Source: Dehalococcoidia bacterium
GTDB taxonomy: Bacteria; Chloroflexota; Dehalococcoidia; Lucifugimonadales; UBA3495
Assembly (NCBI GenBank): GCA_964291545.2
Contig: OZ219860.1
Span: forward strand, 745,786 to 809,785
Reading direction: 5' to 3'
DNA: 64,000 nt
This document shows positions 1-9,393 of this stretch, in pieces (position 1 is the first letter of the stretch; each line of letters starts with the position of its first letter). Below the pieces are notes generated by a model. It saw nothing but the letters and a program-made list of their open reading frames with translations. It had not been told where the DNA came from and searched no databases. Position numbers and translations under genes: made by a program.

Positions 1-551
1 TGAAGCCGAAGGTGATAATCGCCGACCGGGGCTACGACTCCCTGGCCAACCACAACTACGCTGTGGGCCTCGGAGCGATCCCGATTATCCACATTCGGAG
101 ACTGGCAAAGCAGAAGGGGATTCACACTGCTAAAGGCGTCCCCACCTGCATAGGCGGTGAGGCGATGGTTTACATCCAGGACAACGCCGATGGTCAACGG
201 CTGTACCGCTGCCCGCCGGAAGGCTGCCACCTTAAAGGCTCATTCAAGGGCGGCGGGCTTCACTGTCGGGACTTCGTGTGGGAAGACCCGGCACAAGACT
301 TGCGCCGTTTCGGAGTTGTCCGTCGGGACAGCCCTGAATGGGACAGGCTTTATGGACTTCGCCAAGCCATCGAGCGCATCTTTAAGTCTCTGAAAGAGAG
401 TCGCCGCTTGGAACGGCATTGCGTCCGGGGGCTGGCCCAAGTCACGCTGCACGTCCTGATGTCTACCATCACCTTTCAGGCCACGGCCTTGCACCGGGTC
501 AGGACCGGCGAGACCCGGTGGATGCGCTGGCAGGTGCGGAAGGTGGCTTAG
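1..551 (+). CDS. DDE transposase, C-terminal fragment (IS4/IS5-superfamily type), 5' end cut by the window edge
   Basis: The frame is open back to base 3. It contains the ADRGYDS motif and YGLRQAIERIFKSLK, which fits the Y-x2-R-x3-E-x6-K signature of IS4-type DDE transposases. Confidence 0.6.
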   Translation, partial: KPKVIIADRGYDSLANHNYAVGLGAIPIIHIRRLAKQKGIHTAKGVPTCIGGEAMVYIQDNADGQRLYRCPPEGCHLKGSFKGGGLHCRDFVWEDPAQDLRRFGVVRRDSPEWDRLYGLRQAIERIFKSLKESRRLERHCVRGLAQVTLHVLMSTITFQATALHRVRTGETRWMRWQVRKVA

Positions 552-655
552 GCGGTACGTGGTTGCCTATTTCCACGAGAAGAGCGATCATAGGTGCATG
601 GAGTGGTACGACTGGACAGTGTTCAGCGTCGGGATGGGCTTGGCGGTGCCCATGG

Positions 656-871
656 TTACGTTTGCGTCGTTAAGACTGTACCGATTAGGATTACTGCGCC
701 AAACACTCCTGCTCCCCATAACAACCATTGTAAGGTTCCCGCATTGGCCGTTCCGTTCAGAAATTGCCAGCCGCAAGGAATCGCCACCAGAAACACCGCC
801 CCTAATAAGCCGATAAAAACCATCCACTGCCCAGGGGTAAGCCCCACAAGTAAATCATTCAGCCAATCCAT
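656..871 (-). CDS. small hypothetical membrane protein (71 aa, two hydrophobic segments)
   Basis: The ORF translates to two TM-like stretches (MVFIGLLGAVFLVAIP, GVFGAVILIGTVL). It lies directly downstream of the protease gene on the same strand. No homology was recognised. Confidence 0.3.
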   Translation of the reverse strand: MDWLNDLLVGLTPGQWMVFIGLLGAVFLVAIPCGWQFLNGTANAGTLQWLLWGAGVFGAVILIGTVLTTQT

Positions 872-974
872 ATTTGACCCCCAATAGGTGTAGCCGCCCC
901 AGAGTTCCCAGGCTCCGGGGCGGCTCTATTTCATCTCAGGATACCATTACACGACCCACCAACTCCGCGGTTCC

Positions 975-2471
975 CTATTGCCAGCCGCAGTAGTCCAGGA
1001 CCGGCTTTGACGCTACGCTGAATCCCTGCGGGGCAAAGACGTACAGCGTCTCCCACGTTTCACCAGGCCCCACAGTCAGCGCAAGTATAAGCGGCTCACC
1101 CAATAGTGCTGTGATAATGGTGTCCGCAAGGTCATCAAAGGCGTACCAAATCTCGCGGAACTTCTCGGATTGTGTCGCATATACCCATTCGTTGGTAGAA
1201 CTGTCTATCCCTTCTCCTTCGTGCTCTACTTGATAAGACGTTGCAAAGGGATTCGGGAGGTAATATTCCTCACTGTCTGCGATGCTCGTAAAGTAGACCG
1301 CTAAATCCAGTTCCCCTTCATTTCTCCAACAGTCAACGTGAAGGTACGTCGTATCCCATGGATAGGGTGCTACGCCAAGTAGCGCAACCCGAGGCTCACC
1401 AGTATGTCCATACGCCTGGATGTCCTCCCATGTGAGCCAATGTCCGGTAGGGCTAACGGGGGCTGGTGTAGGCGTCGGTGTCGGAGTTGGTGCAGGGGTT
1501 GGCGTAGGCGTAGGAAACTCCGAGCGACCACCAGCCGCCAGGAAATCCAGCCGGTCTCGTAGTTCTTTCACTGATAGAGCGTACCCAATACCTTGCACGT
1601 CTCTTTCTGAGAACAGGTCTACATCTTCCCGCGCTGTTACTACCCCGATAACTCGGCCCATACGGTCCAACAAGGGGCCACCGCTATTTCCGGGGTTAAT
1701 CGGCGTATCTATTTGCAGCCACTCAATGTCGGCATCGCTGAACACCCTGGAAACGATGCCTTTGCTCAGTGAGGGTTCAATGCTCCCCAGCGGGAATCCC
1801 AATGCGAAGGCGTCTTGCCCCAATCCAGGGGTATTCCCCAATCTCGCAGCCTGAAAGGTCTTCCGGCTAACTAGCTTGATGTAGGCCAAGTCACGATAGT
1901 CGTCGATGCTGGTAACGGTTCCCGATAACGTCTCCCCATCGTACATCCGGACATTGACCGTGGCATCAAAGCCGACCACATGGGCGTTGGTGATAACGCC
2001 ACCGTCTGCGTGCACGATGAATCCGGACCCACAGCCCCAAGTTGAGCAGACTTGCACCAGGCTTGGGTCAAACCGTTCAACTACGTCTTGAATCGTTGGG
2101 ACAGGCGTTGGTGTCGGTTTGGGGGTTGGAGTGGGTGTAGGGACCGGCGTCGGCGTCGGCTCCGGTGTAGGGGTGGGAGTCGGAGTAGGTGTCGGCGTTG
2201 GAGCAGGTGTTGGAGTCGGAGTAGGTCCAAGCGTGGGTGTGGGTGTTGGAACGGGAGTAGCGGTAGGAGCGGGTGTCGCAGTGGGAGTCGGAGACAGTGT
2301 TGCAGTCGGTATCTCAGCAAGAGCTTGCTCTACTTGAGCTTGGTCGAAAGTATCAACATTTACTGTGGGAACTGGTTCCGGGGTTGGAGTGGGCGTTGGC
2401 GACGACGTTTCTGCGACACAAGCGATGCTGATAACCAGCAGCACGAGGCACAGAGTAAGGCGCAATGACAT
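975..2471 (-). CDS. secreted trypsin-like (S1-family) serine protease with PT-rich linkers and an unknown C-terminal domain
   Basis: Signal-like N-terminus [18 protein letters not shown]. Catalytic-triad contexts TNAHV, DLAYIKL and GNSGGPLLD are present. Long (T/P)n linkers flank the core, followed by a roughly 150-aa unassigned C-terminal domain. Confidence 0.8.
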   Translation of the reverse strand: MSLRLTLCLVLLVISIACVAETSSPTPTPTPEPVPTVNVDTFDQAQVEQALAEIPTATLSPTPTATPAPTATPVPTPTPTLGPTPTPTPAPTPTPTPTPTPTPEPTPTPVPTPTPTPKPTPTPVPTIQDVVERFDPSLVQVCSTWGCGSGFIVHADGGVITNAHVVGFDATVNVRMYDGETLSGTVTSIDDYRDLAYIKLVSRKTFQAARLGNTPGLGQDAFALGFPLGSIEPSLSKGIVSRVFSDADIEWLQIDTPINPGNSGGPLLDRMGRVIGVVTAREDVDLFSERDVQGIGYALSVKELRDRLDFLAAGGRSEFPTPTPTPAPTPTPTPTPAPVSPTGHWLTWEDIQAYGHTGEPRVALLGVAPYPWDTTYLHVDCWRNEGELDLAVYFTSIADSEEYYLPNPFATSYQVEHEGEGIDSSTNEWVYATQSEKFREIWYAFDDLADTIITALLGEPLILALTVGPGETWETLYVFAPQGFSVASKPVLDYCGWQ

Positions 2472-2655
2472 AGGAACCCCCTTGTGGCTTAGGATTCAGG
2501 CACTTGCTACGGCGACCTGGCTCCACGGTAAGCAACAAGGGGGCGCGAAGCACCCCAATCTTTCGCCAAACTTACCGTGGAGATTAGCCAAGAAGCCGTA
2601 GCCGTGCCATCCTAGCACAGGGCGTAAGCAACGAGCAAACGGAAAGGCTCTTCCC

Positions 2656-2991
2656 GTGTCGCTGCAAACGTGCTACCCTGCCCTTAGCATGACTTTCGTT
2701 ATCAGCACGACACTGGCATGCTTCTTCTTTGGAACGGTAATCTACAACTATGAGGCTTCAAACATTGGGCTGGCTCGCGCCGGGCTTTGGTTTTTCGTTG
2801 CCCTCGGCCCTTTCCAATGGATCGCCCGGAGCGTGATTACTAATGGGCAAAAGGATGAGGATGGTATGGTCTATGTGGGGGACTTGTTCCCGCTAGGCCG
2901 CCCTGATTTTCTTAGGAAACTGGCCTGGGCTGGTCAAGGATTCCTTATTGTAGGTGGGTGTCTGATTGTCTGGTGGGTGATCGAGATTTAA
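2656..2991 (+). CDS. hypothetical membrane protein
   Basis: The 111-aa ORF has three hydrophobic segments. An alternative start is ATG 2689 (MTFVIST). No family was recognised. Confidence 0.4.
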   Translation: MSLQTCYPALSMTFVISTTLACFFFGTVIYNYEASNIGLARAGLWFFVALGPFQWIARSVITNGQKDEDGMVYVGDLFPLGRPDFLRKLAWAGQGFLIVGGCLIVWWVIEI

Positions 2992-3192
2992 TAAGAGGGG
3001 CGACAAAAATATAACCCCCCCCTACGACCAACAAAAGAATTGGGCCAAGGAGCACTAGCCCACTCAATACGTTTTCCAGCATCATGCACCCCCTTAAGCT
3101 CACACTCGTTAGTATCCCCGAATCTCCTCTCGGTCGCAAACTGGCGTGATGTTGATCCCCAACTTTGCTCAGTCCGAAGTCACACCTTGAAC

Positions 3193-3588
3193 ATGGACTG
3201 GCTGATTGGCCTGGCTCTGGCCGCGAATGTTATCACGGTCGGCAGATTTGCCTTCCCACTCCTGCGATACCTCTACGCCCGCCGTCCAGCCCTCGGCAGG
3301 TTCATTAACCGACAAGGGCAGAGCTTCAAGCAGGCTCTAATCACGGTGTTGAGACCCACTCCCCCGCTTGGTTCCCGGACGGACATAATCGTGTCCGCTT
3401 TTGCCTCGACGATGATCCTATCCTCGCTGGTCTTGTTGGGCTGGTTAGTAGCACCTGGGGTGGACCACGCCACCATCCCCGATGCCCTTATCCTGATATG
3501 GCTGGGCAGCACCTATTTCTGGTGGGGCAGCGTGGTTGTTATTGCCATCGTGCGCTTGGCGCGCTGGACTTGGCAGAAAATCAGGTGA
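3193..3588 (+). CDS. hypothetical membrane protein
   Basis: ATG at 3193 (MDWLIGLALAAN...) within the 3040..3588 ORF. Several TM-like segments are present. The upstream part of the ORF looks non-coding. Confidence 0.4.
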   Translation: MDWLIGLALAANVITVGRFAFPLLRYLYARRPALGRFINRQGQSFKQALITVLRPTPPLGSRTDIIVSAFASTMILSSLVLLGWLVAPGVDHATIPDALILIWLGSTYFWWGSVVVIAIVRLARWTWQKIR

Positions 3589-3787
3589 GGGAGAATCCTC
3601 CATTCTTGCCCGACGCCCCCCCGTATCCAAAATCCCTTACCCATCCACGTTCTACGCCTGTGCCGCAAGATTCCGCCTTCCGGCTTGGAAGGGCGCTCGT
3701 TTCCGTCTTCGAGTTCATCATTGCTCCGGTTCCCCTAACAAATGCCCTTCCCTCACTTGACTTCCAAAGCCCAAGCTTCGCTTAGAA

Positions 3788-3816
3788 CTGTCAGGCGCAA
3801 AACCCCGTGATACAAT
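3788..3816 (+). promoter_or_regulatory. candidate sigma70-type promoter for the PT-rich lipoprotein gene
   Basis: CTGTCA (3788-3793), a 17-nt spacer, then TACAAT (3811-3816) preceded by TGA (extended -10-like). AGGAGG follows 8 nt before GTG 3849. Confidence 0.35.
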
Positions 3817-3848
3817 CCACCTTAGTTTTCTCCAGGAGGACGTCAAAC

Positions 3849-4277
3849 GTGTCCAAGTCGCGGCCGTTCATGCTGGTTGTTATTGGGGCGATGATTCTCG
3901 GCGCCTTGGCGTTCAGCGCCTGTGGCGCCGATCCAACCCCAACTCCCGTTCCCACGCCGACAGCCACACCTACCCCCACGCCCACGCCCACGCCCACGCC
4001 TACACCAACTCCAACACCTACCCCGGCACCGACACCTGCCCCAGCGATGGAAGAGGTCCAGCCTCCTCCACAAGAGATTATTGACGACCTCATGGAGACC
4101 CTCATGGGCGCCACCTTGGCCGATCTGGCATCGTTGGCCGGACAGGGCGATCAGGAAACCATCGACGTCTTGTGCGATATCGCTAACGGCAAGCACGAGC
4201 CGGACCTGGTTTTGGAGGACTTCAATCAAGATGCCGCCGTTCTGGCAGGCATCCGGGGCTTTTGCGCCGGCCAATAG
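3849..4277 (+). CDS. PT-rich putative lipoprotein, function unknown
   Basis: GTG 3849 is preceded by AGGAGG. The signal plus lipobox-like sequence is LGALAFSAC|G. A (TP)n linker follows, then an acidic C-terminal domain. The 3807 start in the ORF track overlaps the predicted -10 element. Confidence 0.5.
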   Translation: MSKSRPFMLVVIGAMILGALAFSACGADPTPTPVPTPTATPTPTPTPTPTPTPTPTPTPAPTPAPAMEEVQPPPQEIIDDLMETLMGATLADLASLAGQGDQETIDVLCDIANGKHEPDLVLEDFNQDAAVLAGIRGFCAGQ

Positions 4278-4429
4278 AAGCGACTAGTTCTCCATTCCCA
4301 ACACCTTCGTTCGCCCTGGGCCTGTTTAAGGGTAAATATCGGGAAGCCAAATACCTAGCTTCCAACCAGACTTTGGGTTCGCCTTGAGGGAATATAAGGG
4401 AGACCGCACTCCAGTCCGCCCCCCAACAG

Positions 4430-4542
4430 GTCATCCCGAGCGGAGCCGAGGAATCTAAAATCCCTGAGCCCCCTTGGCCAATCCAAGAGGCTGTCCGTTT
4501 GTCCTGAGGCTCTCGAAGGGGGAACGGGCAGCCGGGGCCTGT
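4430..4542. repeat. intergenic repeat modules: GTCATYCC...GGAATCT module (4430-4463) plus an 11-bp-stem hairpin module (4498-4542)
   Basis: gtcatcccgagcggagccgaggaatctaaaatcc, then ggctgtccgtt-[loop cctgaggctctcgaaggggg]-aacgggcagcc. The same modules recur in at least 12 intergenic gaps. Confidence 0.8.
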
Positions 4543-4624
4543 CCAAAGCCCGCTGACGTCCTGGCATCCCCAACCCCCAAAGCGTAGAATCAAAGCACAC
4601 CAACTCTACCCTTGGAGGTGGTCC

Positions 4625-5050
4625 GTGGACATCGCTCTGGACATTCTGAAGGAACTTACCCAGGACGACCGTATGTTATGGGTCGCCGGCTCCGGCCCAG
4701 TGGTCAGCGAGAACGACTCCAAGGGCATTCAGCCGCCCGAAGTCCACGGTCGTTACGTTACCATTGAAGCCGACAACTGGCATTGCCACCTTGACCTCGA
4801 CATCGTAACTGGCATCCAGTTCGTTGAAGCCGTCGCCCATGGCGACCTGCTCTCTTACTACGTCCGCTTCTCCAGCGCCCAGGAAGACACTCTTCTGCGC
4901 TCCTACTTCCCCAACCCCTACTTAGACGACGATTTCGACCGCACTGAGCTCCAACCGGAAAGGCTGCAAGCCTTTGAAGACTTCCGCGACCGGTACGTTG
5001 GTCGCGATGGCATCGTATTCGTCCAACGCACTGCTCAACCCTCCTCATAG
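4625..5050 (+). CDS. hypothetical protein
   Basis: 141-aa ORF with GTG start 4 nt after GGAGGTG. The composition is protein-like, but no family was recognised. Confidence 0.5.
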   Translation: MDIALDILKELTQDDRMLWVAGSGPVVSENDSKGIQPPEVHGRYVTIEADNWHCHLDLDIVTGIQFVEAVAHGDLLSYYVRFSSAQEDTLLRSYFPNPYLDDDFDRTELQPERLQAFEDFRDRYVGRDGIVFVQRTAQPSS

Positions 5051-5150
5051 TCCCCTCACTACTCCTTATTTGGTGTAGAATTACTCCGTCAAGACCAGCT
5101 AACCCGTTTCCAGGAGCAAGCAAGTGCCGCGGTTCCTCCCCTACGCCGAC

Positions 5151-6452
5151 ATGGACAAAGTCCTATCCCTGTCCAAGAGGCGCGGTTTCGTCTTCCAAAG
5201 CAGCGAAGTCTACGGCGGCCTCGCCTCCACCTGGGACTACGGCCCCCTCGGCGTCGAGCTTAAGCGCAACGTCAAAGAGGCCTGGTGGCGTTCCGTGGTC
5301 CGCCAGCGCGACGACGTCGTCGGCCTGGACGCCGCCGTCCTCATGCACCCCCAAGCCTGGGTCGCCAGCGGCCATGTCGAGAACTTCACCGACCCTCTCG
5401 TCGAATGCCGCGACTGCCACCTCCGCTTCCGCAGCGACCACCTGGAATCCGACCGTTGCCCCGAATGCGGCGGCGAGTTCACCGACCCCCGCCGCTTCAA
5501 CCTCATGTTCAAGACCTTCATGGGCCCCGTCGAAGACACCGCCAGCCAGGTCTATTTGCGCCCCGAGACCGCCCAGGGCATCTTCGTCAACTTCACCAAC
5601 GTCCTCAACTCCTCCCGCAAGAAGCTCCCTTTTGGCATCGCCCAGATTGGCAAGGCCTTCCGCAACGAGATCACGCCGGGCAACTTCACCTTCCGCACTC
5701 GCGAATTCGAGCAGATGGAAATCGAGTTTTTCGTCAAGCCCGGCACCGACGATCAGTGGCTCCAGCAGTGGATTAACGACCGCTTTGCCTGGTATGTCTC
5801 CTACGGCATCCGCCCCGAAAACCTCCGCTTGCGTCAGCACGGTTCCGACGAACTGGCCCACTACGCCAAGGACTGCTACGACATCGAGTACCGCTTCCCC
5901 TGGGGCTGGGCCGAGCTTGAGGGCATTGCCAACCGCACCGATTTCGACCTCAAGCAGCACTCCCAGTCCAGCGGCCAGGACATGACCTTTTTTGACGACT
6001 CCGCAGAAAAGGACTCCCAGCGTTACTTCCCCTACGTCATCGAGCCCTCCGGCGGCGTAGACCGCGCCACCCTCGCCTTCTGGGTAGACTCCTACGACGA
6101 GGAACCCGACGGCGACGCCGTCCGCACCGTCCTCCACCTCCACCGTCGGCTGGCCCCGGTGACCGTCGCCGTCCTTCCCCTCAGCCGCAACACGCGCTTG
6201 GTCCCCACGGCCCGTAACGTCTACGATCAGCTCCGCAGCAGCTTCAACACCCAGTACGACGACGCCCAGAGCATCGGCCGCCGCTACCGCCGCCAGGATG
6301 AAATAGGCACCCCCTACTGTGTCACTGTCGATTTTGATACCCTGGACGACCAGGCCGTTACTATCCGCGACCGCGACTCCATGCACCAGGCCCGCATTCC
6401 CTTGGATCGCCTGGTTTCCGTACTCCAGGACAAGTTCGAGCACGGCTGGTGA
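5151..6452 (+). CDS. glyQS: glycine--tRNA ligase (alpha2 dimeric type)
   Basis: [30 protein letters not shown], class-II motif 2 [25 protein letters not shown], and motif 3 region [15 protein letters not shown] 5151 ([13 protein letters not shown]) is preferred over GTG 5124. Confidence 0.93.
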   Translation: MDKVLSLSKRRGFVFQSSEVYGGLASTWDYGPLGVELKRNVKEAWWRSVVRQRDDVVGLDAAVLMHPQAWVASGHVENFTDPLVECRDCHLRFRSDHLESDRCPECGGEFTDPRRFNLMFKTFMGPVEDTASQVYLRPETAQGIFVNFTNVLNSSRKKLPFGIAQIGKAFRNEITPGNFTFRTREFEQMEIEFFVKPGTDDQWLQQWINDRFAWYVSYGIRPENLRLRQHGSDELAHYAKDCYDIEYRFPWGWAELEGIANRTDFDLKQHSQSSGQDMTFFDDSAEKDSQRYFPYVIEPSGGVDRATLAFWVDSYDEEPDGDAVRTVLHLHRRLAPVTVAVLPLSRNTRLVPTARNVYDQLRSSFNTQYDDAQSIGRRYRRQDEIGTPYCVTVDFDTLDDQAVTIRDRDSMHQARIPLDRLVSVLQDKFEHGW

Positions 6453-6534
6453 TTCGCCCTTAACCGATTCCCTGCCTGGCTCGCCCGAATCTATCCGCCC
6501 GATTGCCCGCCCAATCCATATGTAGGGAGAGCAC

Positions 6535-6957
6535 ATGACCAGCGCTCCGAGAGGTCAAGCCCAACGCTACATCCAGGGCATCCAGCGAAACCTGACCCGC
6601 CTCGAAGAAATCCTGCGACGTCTGGAAGCCCAGTCCCCACAAATCCCTACCCAGGACGCCCGCAGCGAGCTTCTAAGCCAGGTCCACGTCGCCGGAGCAA
6701 TGGACCAGCGCCGCCTCTTTGAGTTACTCGACCAGCGCAGCATGAGCCACGCCTGGATTGGCGCCCAGGTCGGCGCAGAGTACCTCGACGTTTGGCAGGG
6801 CGCCGACGGCCGCACCTGGTATCGCGTCACCCAGCGCGCCGTACGCGAGTTGTACCTCGGCCAGATGGCCGCTCAAGCCGGCCAGCCTGCCGAGTCCCAA
6901 TCGCCGCTATCAGACGACTGGGACAGCCAGGAGGACTCCGCCTATGACCGCCTATAA
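6535..6957 (+). CDS. hypothetical protein, candidate antitoxin partner of the downstream PemK/MazF-like gene
   Basis: The 140-aa ORF overlaps the toxin start by 14 nt. It has an acidic C-terminal tail (SPLSDDWDSQEDSAYDRL). No AbrB or RHH fold was recognised by eye. Confidence 0.4.
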   Translation: MTSAPRGQAQRYIQGIQRNLTRLEEILRRLEAQSPQIPTQDARSELLSQVHVAGAMDQRRLFELLDQRSMSHAWIGAQVGAEYLDVWQGADGRTWYRVTQRAVRELYLGQMAAQAGQPAESQSPLSDDWDSQEDSAYDRL

Positions 6958-7285
6958 CCCCGGAGACCTCGTTCTCGTCCCCTACCCCCTTGACCGGCCC
7001 GCCTCCGGGTCCCAGCGGCCTGTCCTTGTCATTAGCTCAACCAACTACAACCAGTCTACCGGAGAACTCGTCGTCGCCCAGGTCACCGGCCGCCTCTCCG
7101 CCCCCACCCGGATTGGCGACACCCCCATATTTGCATGGGAAGAGGTCAACCTGGCCGGTACTTCCCTAGTCCGCTCCAGGCTGGCCACCGTCAAGGCTTC
7201 CACTGTCATCCGGCTTTTGGGCCGGCTAAACCCCGATGACTTTCAAGCCGTGCTGGATTCTTTGCGCGGCTCCATCTTCGAGTAA
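6944..7285 (+). CDS. PemK/MazF-family type II toxin (endoribonuclease-like)
   Basis: The internal ATG 6944 gives MTAYNPGDLVLVPYP...RPVLVISS...ELVVAQVTG, a typical PemK/MazF N-terminal SH3-like barrel pattern. The product is 113 aa. Confidence 0.7.
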   Translation: MTAYNPGDLVLVPYPLDRPASGSQRPVLVISSTNYNQSTGELVVAQVTGRLSAPTRIGDTPIFAWEEVNLAGTSLVRSRLATVKASTVIRLLGRLNPDDFQAVLDSLRGSIFE

Positions 7286-7342
7286 CCTCATGCTCCATTC
7301 CTACAAGTCATTCTCCACACGCTGCCGCCGCACCAACCAGCC

Positions 7343-8161
7343 ATGCCGCCCAACCTGGTAGCCGCAACCCTCCGGCGCGGCCTCTTTACCCGCGTCGTCG
7401 GCAAGCGCATCCTCTTCTTCCAGGAGGTCTCCTCCACCATGGACGAAGCCGCCCGCCAGGCCCGGACCGGAGCCGATGAGGGCCTCGTAGTGGTCGCCGA
7501 AGTCCAATCATCCGGCCGCGGCCGCCAGGGCCGCAACTGGGTTTCCAGCCACGGCAACCTCTACTTCTCCGTCCTCTTCCGGCCCGCCATGCCGGTCCTC
7601 CCAATGATCAGTATCCTCGGTGGCGTCGCCTTAGTCCGCTCCATCCGCGCCTGCACCGGCCTGGCCCCCCGCATCAAGTGGCCCAACGACATAATGCTTC
7701 AGGGCAAAAAGGTCGCCGGCATCCTGGTCGAGACCGCCGTCCAGGGCGATCAGGTAGACCACGCCGTCCTCGGCATCGGCGTCAACATAGACCTTGACCT
7801 CGACTCCCTGGGCGACATTCGTTACTTCACCACCAACCTCAACGTAGAGCTAAGCTCTCCCATATCCCGCGAGGACCTCCTCCGCCAGCTCCTCCACGAC
7901 CTCGACGCCCTCTATCACCAGGCAACCCAGGGCGTGCCTGTCCTCCCGGAGTGGCGCCCCCTCATCGACACCCTCGGCCAGCGCGTCCAGACCTACGGCC
8001 GAGCCGACACCCACACCGGCGTCGCCGAGGCTATCGACGACCTCGGCAACCTCCTATTACGCCTCAACGACGGATCCCTGATCACCCTAACCGCCGGCGA
8101 CGTCTCCCTCACTGACCACCAACTCCCCAGCCCAGCCGGCCATGACTGTACACGCTCATGA
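7343..8161 (+). CDS. birA: biotin--[acetyl-CoA-carboxylase] ligase, class I (no N-terminal HTH)
   Basis: Biotin-binding loop GRGRQGRNWVS and the KWPNDI motif, in a 272-aa product. Confidence 0.85.
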   Translation: MPPNLVAATLRRGLFTRVVGKRILFFQEVSSTMDEAARQARTGADEGLVVVAEVQSSGRGRQGRNWVSSHGNLYFSVLFRPAMPVLPMISILGGVALVRSIRACTGLAPRIKWPNDIMLQGKKVAGILVETAVQGDQVDHAVLGIGVNIDLDLDSLGDIRYFTTNLNVELSSPISREDLLRQLLHDLDALYHQATQGVPVLPEWRPLIDTLGQRVQTYGRADTHTGVAEAIDDLGNLLLRLNDGSLITLTAGDVSLTDHQLPSPAGHDCTRS

Positions 8162-8219
8162 TCCCAGCGAAACACGAAACCTGCATAGCAGCGAAAGACA
8201 ACACCTTTATAGCCTTGAT

Positions 8220-8460
8220 GTCATTCCGAGCGAAGCCCAGGAATCTAAAATCCATGTCCTCCAACCCGACGTCATGGCCCTCTCCATTCCCGCATCCAAC
8301 ACGTCATTCCCGCGCAGGCGGGAATCTAAAATCCATGTCCTCCAACCCGGCATCATTGCCCCACCATCCTCCCATTCTCCCCGGACCCCTTCCATGCCCC
8401 TTCGTCCTGGCGCGGCAGCACCGACCGTTCGTCCTGAGGTTCTCGAAGGGCGAACAACGC
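8220..8460. repeat. intergenic repeat cluster (two GTCATTCC modules at 8220-8253 and 8303-8334, plus a hairpin-type module near 8425-8460)
   Basis: gtcattccgagcgaagcccaggaatctaaaatcc and gtcattcccgcgcaggcgggaatctaaaatcc are each followed by atgtcctccaacccg. ccgttcgtcctgaggttctcgaagggcgaac lies downstream. Confidence 0.8.
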
Positions 8461-8521
8461 ACCCAACCAGCCCCAAACAACCCAACACCACCCAAAATAC
8501 ACCCCAGTAAAGAGGACTCCC

Positions 8522-9334
8522 ATGCTTGAAACCCTAAGACTGGAAGGCAAAACAGTAATCATCACCGGAGGCGGCACCGGCCTCGGCCTCGCCATGGTCC
8601 GGGCCCTCGCCCGCGCCGGCGCAGACCTCTGCATTGCTGGCCGCCGGCCCGAACCTATCCAGGCCGCCGCTCAAGAGGTCCAGGCCATGGGCCGCCGGGC
8701 CATCTCCGTCCCTACCGACGTAACCGACTCCGCCCAGGTTGACAGCCTGGTCTCCACTGCCATCGACCATTTCGGCCGCATCGACGTCCTCATCAACAAC
8801 GCCGGCGCAGCCAACAGTGAAAACCTCCATAGGCCCATTTGGGACATCACCGACGACGAGTGGCATTGGCTTATGGACGTTAACCTCACCGGCGCTTTCT
8901 ATTGCTCCCGCGCCGTCTCCCGCCCCATGGTCGATCAGGGCAAGGGCAAAATCGTCAACGTCGCCTCCGGCTTCGCCCTGCGCGGCGGTCGCGACATCTA
9001 CATGTACTGCTGCAGCAAGGGCGGCATCCTCCAGCTCACCCGCGCCCTCTCCTTCAACCTCGCCCGCAACGGCGTCACCGCCAACACCATCGTCCCCGGC
9101 TTCATCCCCACCGACATTTTCGCCGGCGACGAACGCGGCATGACCCCCCGGTCCGGCGAATTCCTTCCTATTGGTAAGCTCGGCGCCCCGGAAGACATGG
9201 GCCCCATCGCCGTCTTTCTTGCTTCCGACGCCTCCGACTACATGACCGGCGAGATGATAGTCGCCGACGGCGGTGGCTTGGCTGGCGGCATAGCCCCCAC
9301 CGGCCACGCTCCCGTCCAAGCCTTGGAACCCTAG
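8522..9334 (+). CDS. SDR-family oxidoreductase (classical, intact motifs)
   Basis: TGGGTGLG cofactor motif, NNAG, and catalytic YCCSK (YxxxK). Confidence 0.85.
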   Translation: MLETLRLEGKTVIITGGGTGLGLAMVRALARAGADLCIAGRRPEPIQAAAQEVQAMGRRAISVPTDVTDSAQVDSLVSTAIDHFGRIDVLINNAGAANSENLHRPIWDITDDEWHWLMDVNLTGAFYCSRAVSRPMVDQGKGKIVNVASGFALRGGRDIYMYCCSKGGILQLTRALSFNLARNGVTANTIVPGFIPTDIFAGDERGMTPRSGEFLPIGKLGAPEDMGPIAVFLASDASDYMTGEMIVADGGGLAGGIAPTGHAPVQALEP

Positions 9335-9393
9335 CAGGCGCCGTCAAATCCCGCCTCGAACCTTTTTATCCCACATAAACAAGGAGACCCTCC

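Noticed and set aside
559-887. Plus-strand ORFs 559..816 and 594..887 downstream of the transposase fragment
   Set aside because: They are overlapping alternatives with no motifs. The minus-strand 656..871 ORF has more convincing membrane-protein character, and even that is low confidence.
2100-2290. Short-period DNA repeats (also at 1440-1510 and 3935-4040) as possible non-coding repeat arrays
   Set aside because: They are in frame within credible ORFs and encode (Thr/Pro)n linkers, so they are coding low-complexity sequence.
3807-3848. GTG 3807 as the start of the PT-rich lipoprotein, as given in the ORF track
   Set aside because: It overlaps the predicted -10 element and adds a non-signal-like extension. 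GTG 3849 has an AGGAGG 8 nt upstream and gives a standard signal and lipobox.
5051-5150. T-box or other leader upstream of glyQS (the regions upstream of cysS and hisZ were also considered)
   Set aside because: The glyQS spacer is only about 100 nt, too short for a T-box. The cysS and hisZ upstream regions are occupied by the IS and repeat modules. No specifier or T-box consensus was recognised by eye, though a covariance-model scan would be needed to be sure.
5163-6536. 457-aa ORF antisense to glyQS, and similar long antisense or out-of-frame ORFs: 8534..9319, 11614..12597, 15371..16111, 16232..16897, 21062..21868, 27804..29024, 35620..36456, 37963..38580, 44589..45677, 44714..45817, 46020..46988, 57787..58599
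   Set aside because: Their translations are low-complexity and rich in Gly, Ala, Arg, Pro and Val, with no recognisable motifs. Each fully overlaps a gene that has clear family signatures. Long stop-free antisense frames are expected in GC-rich DNA.
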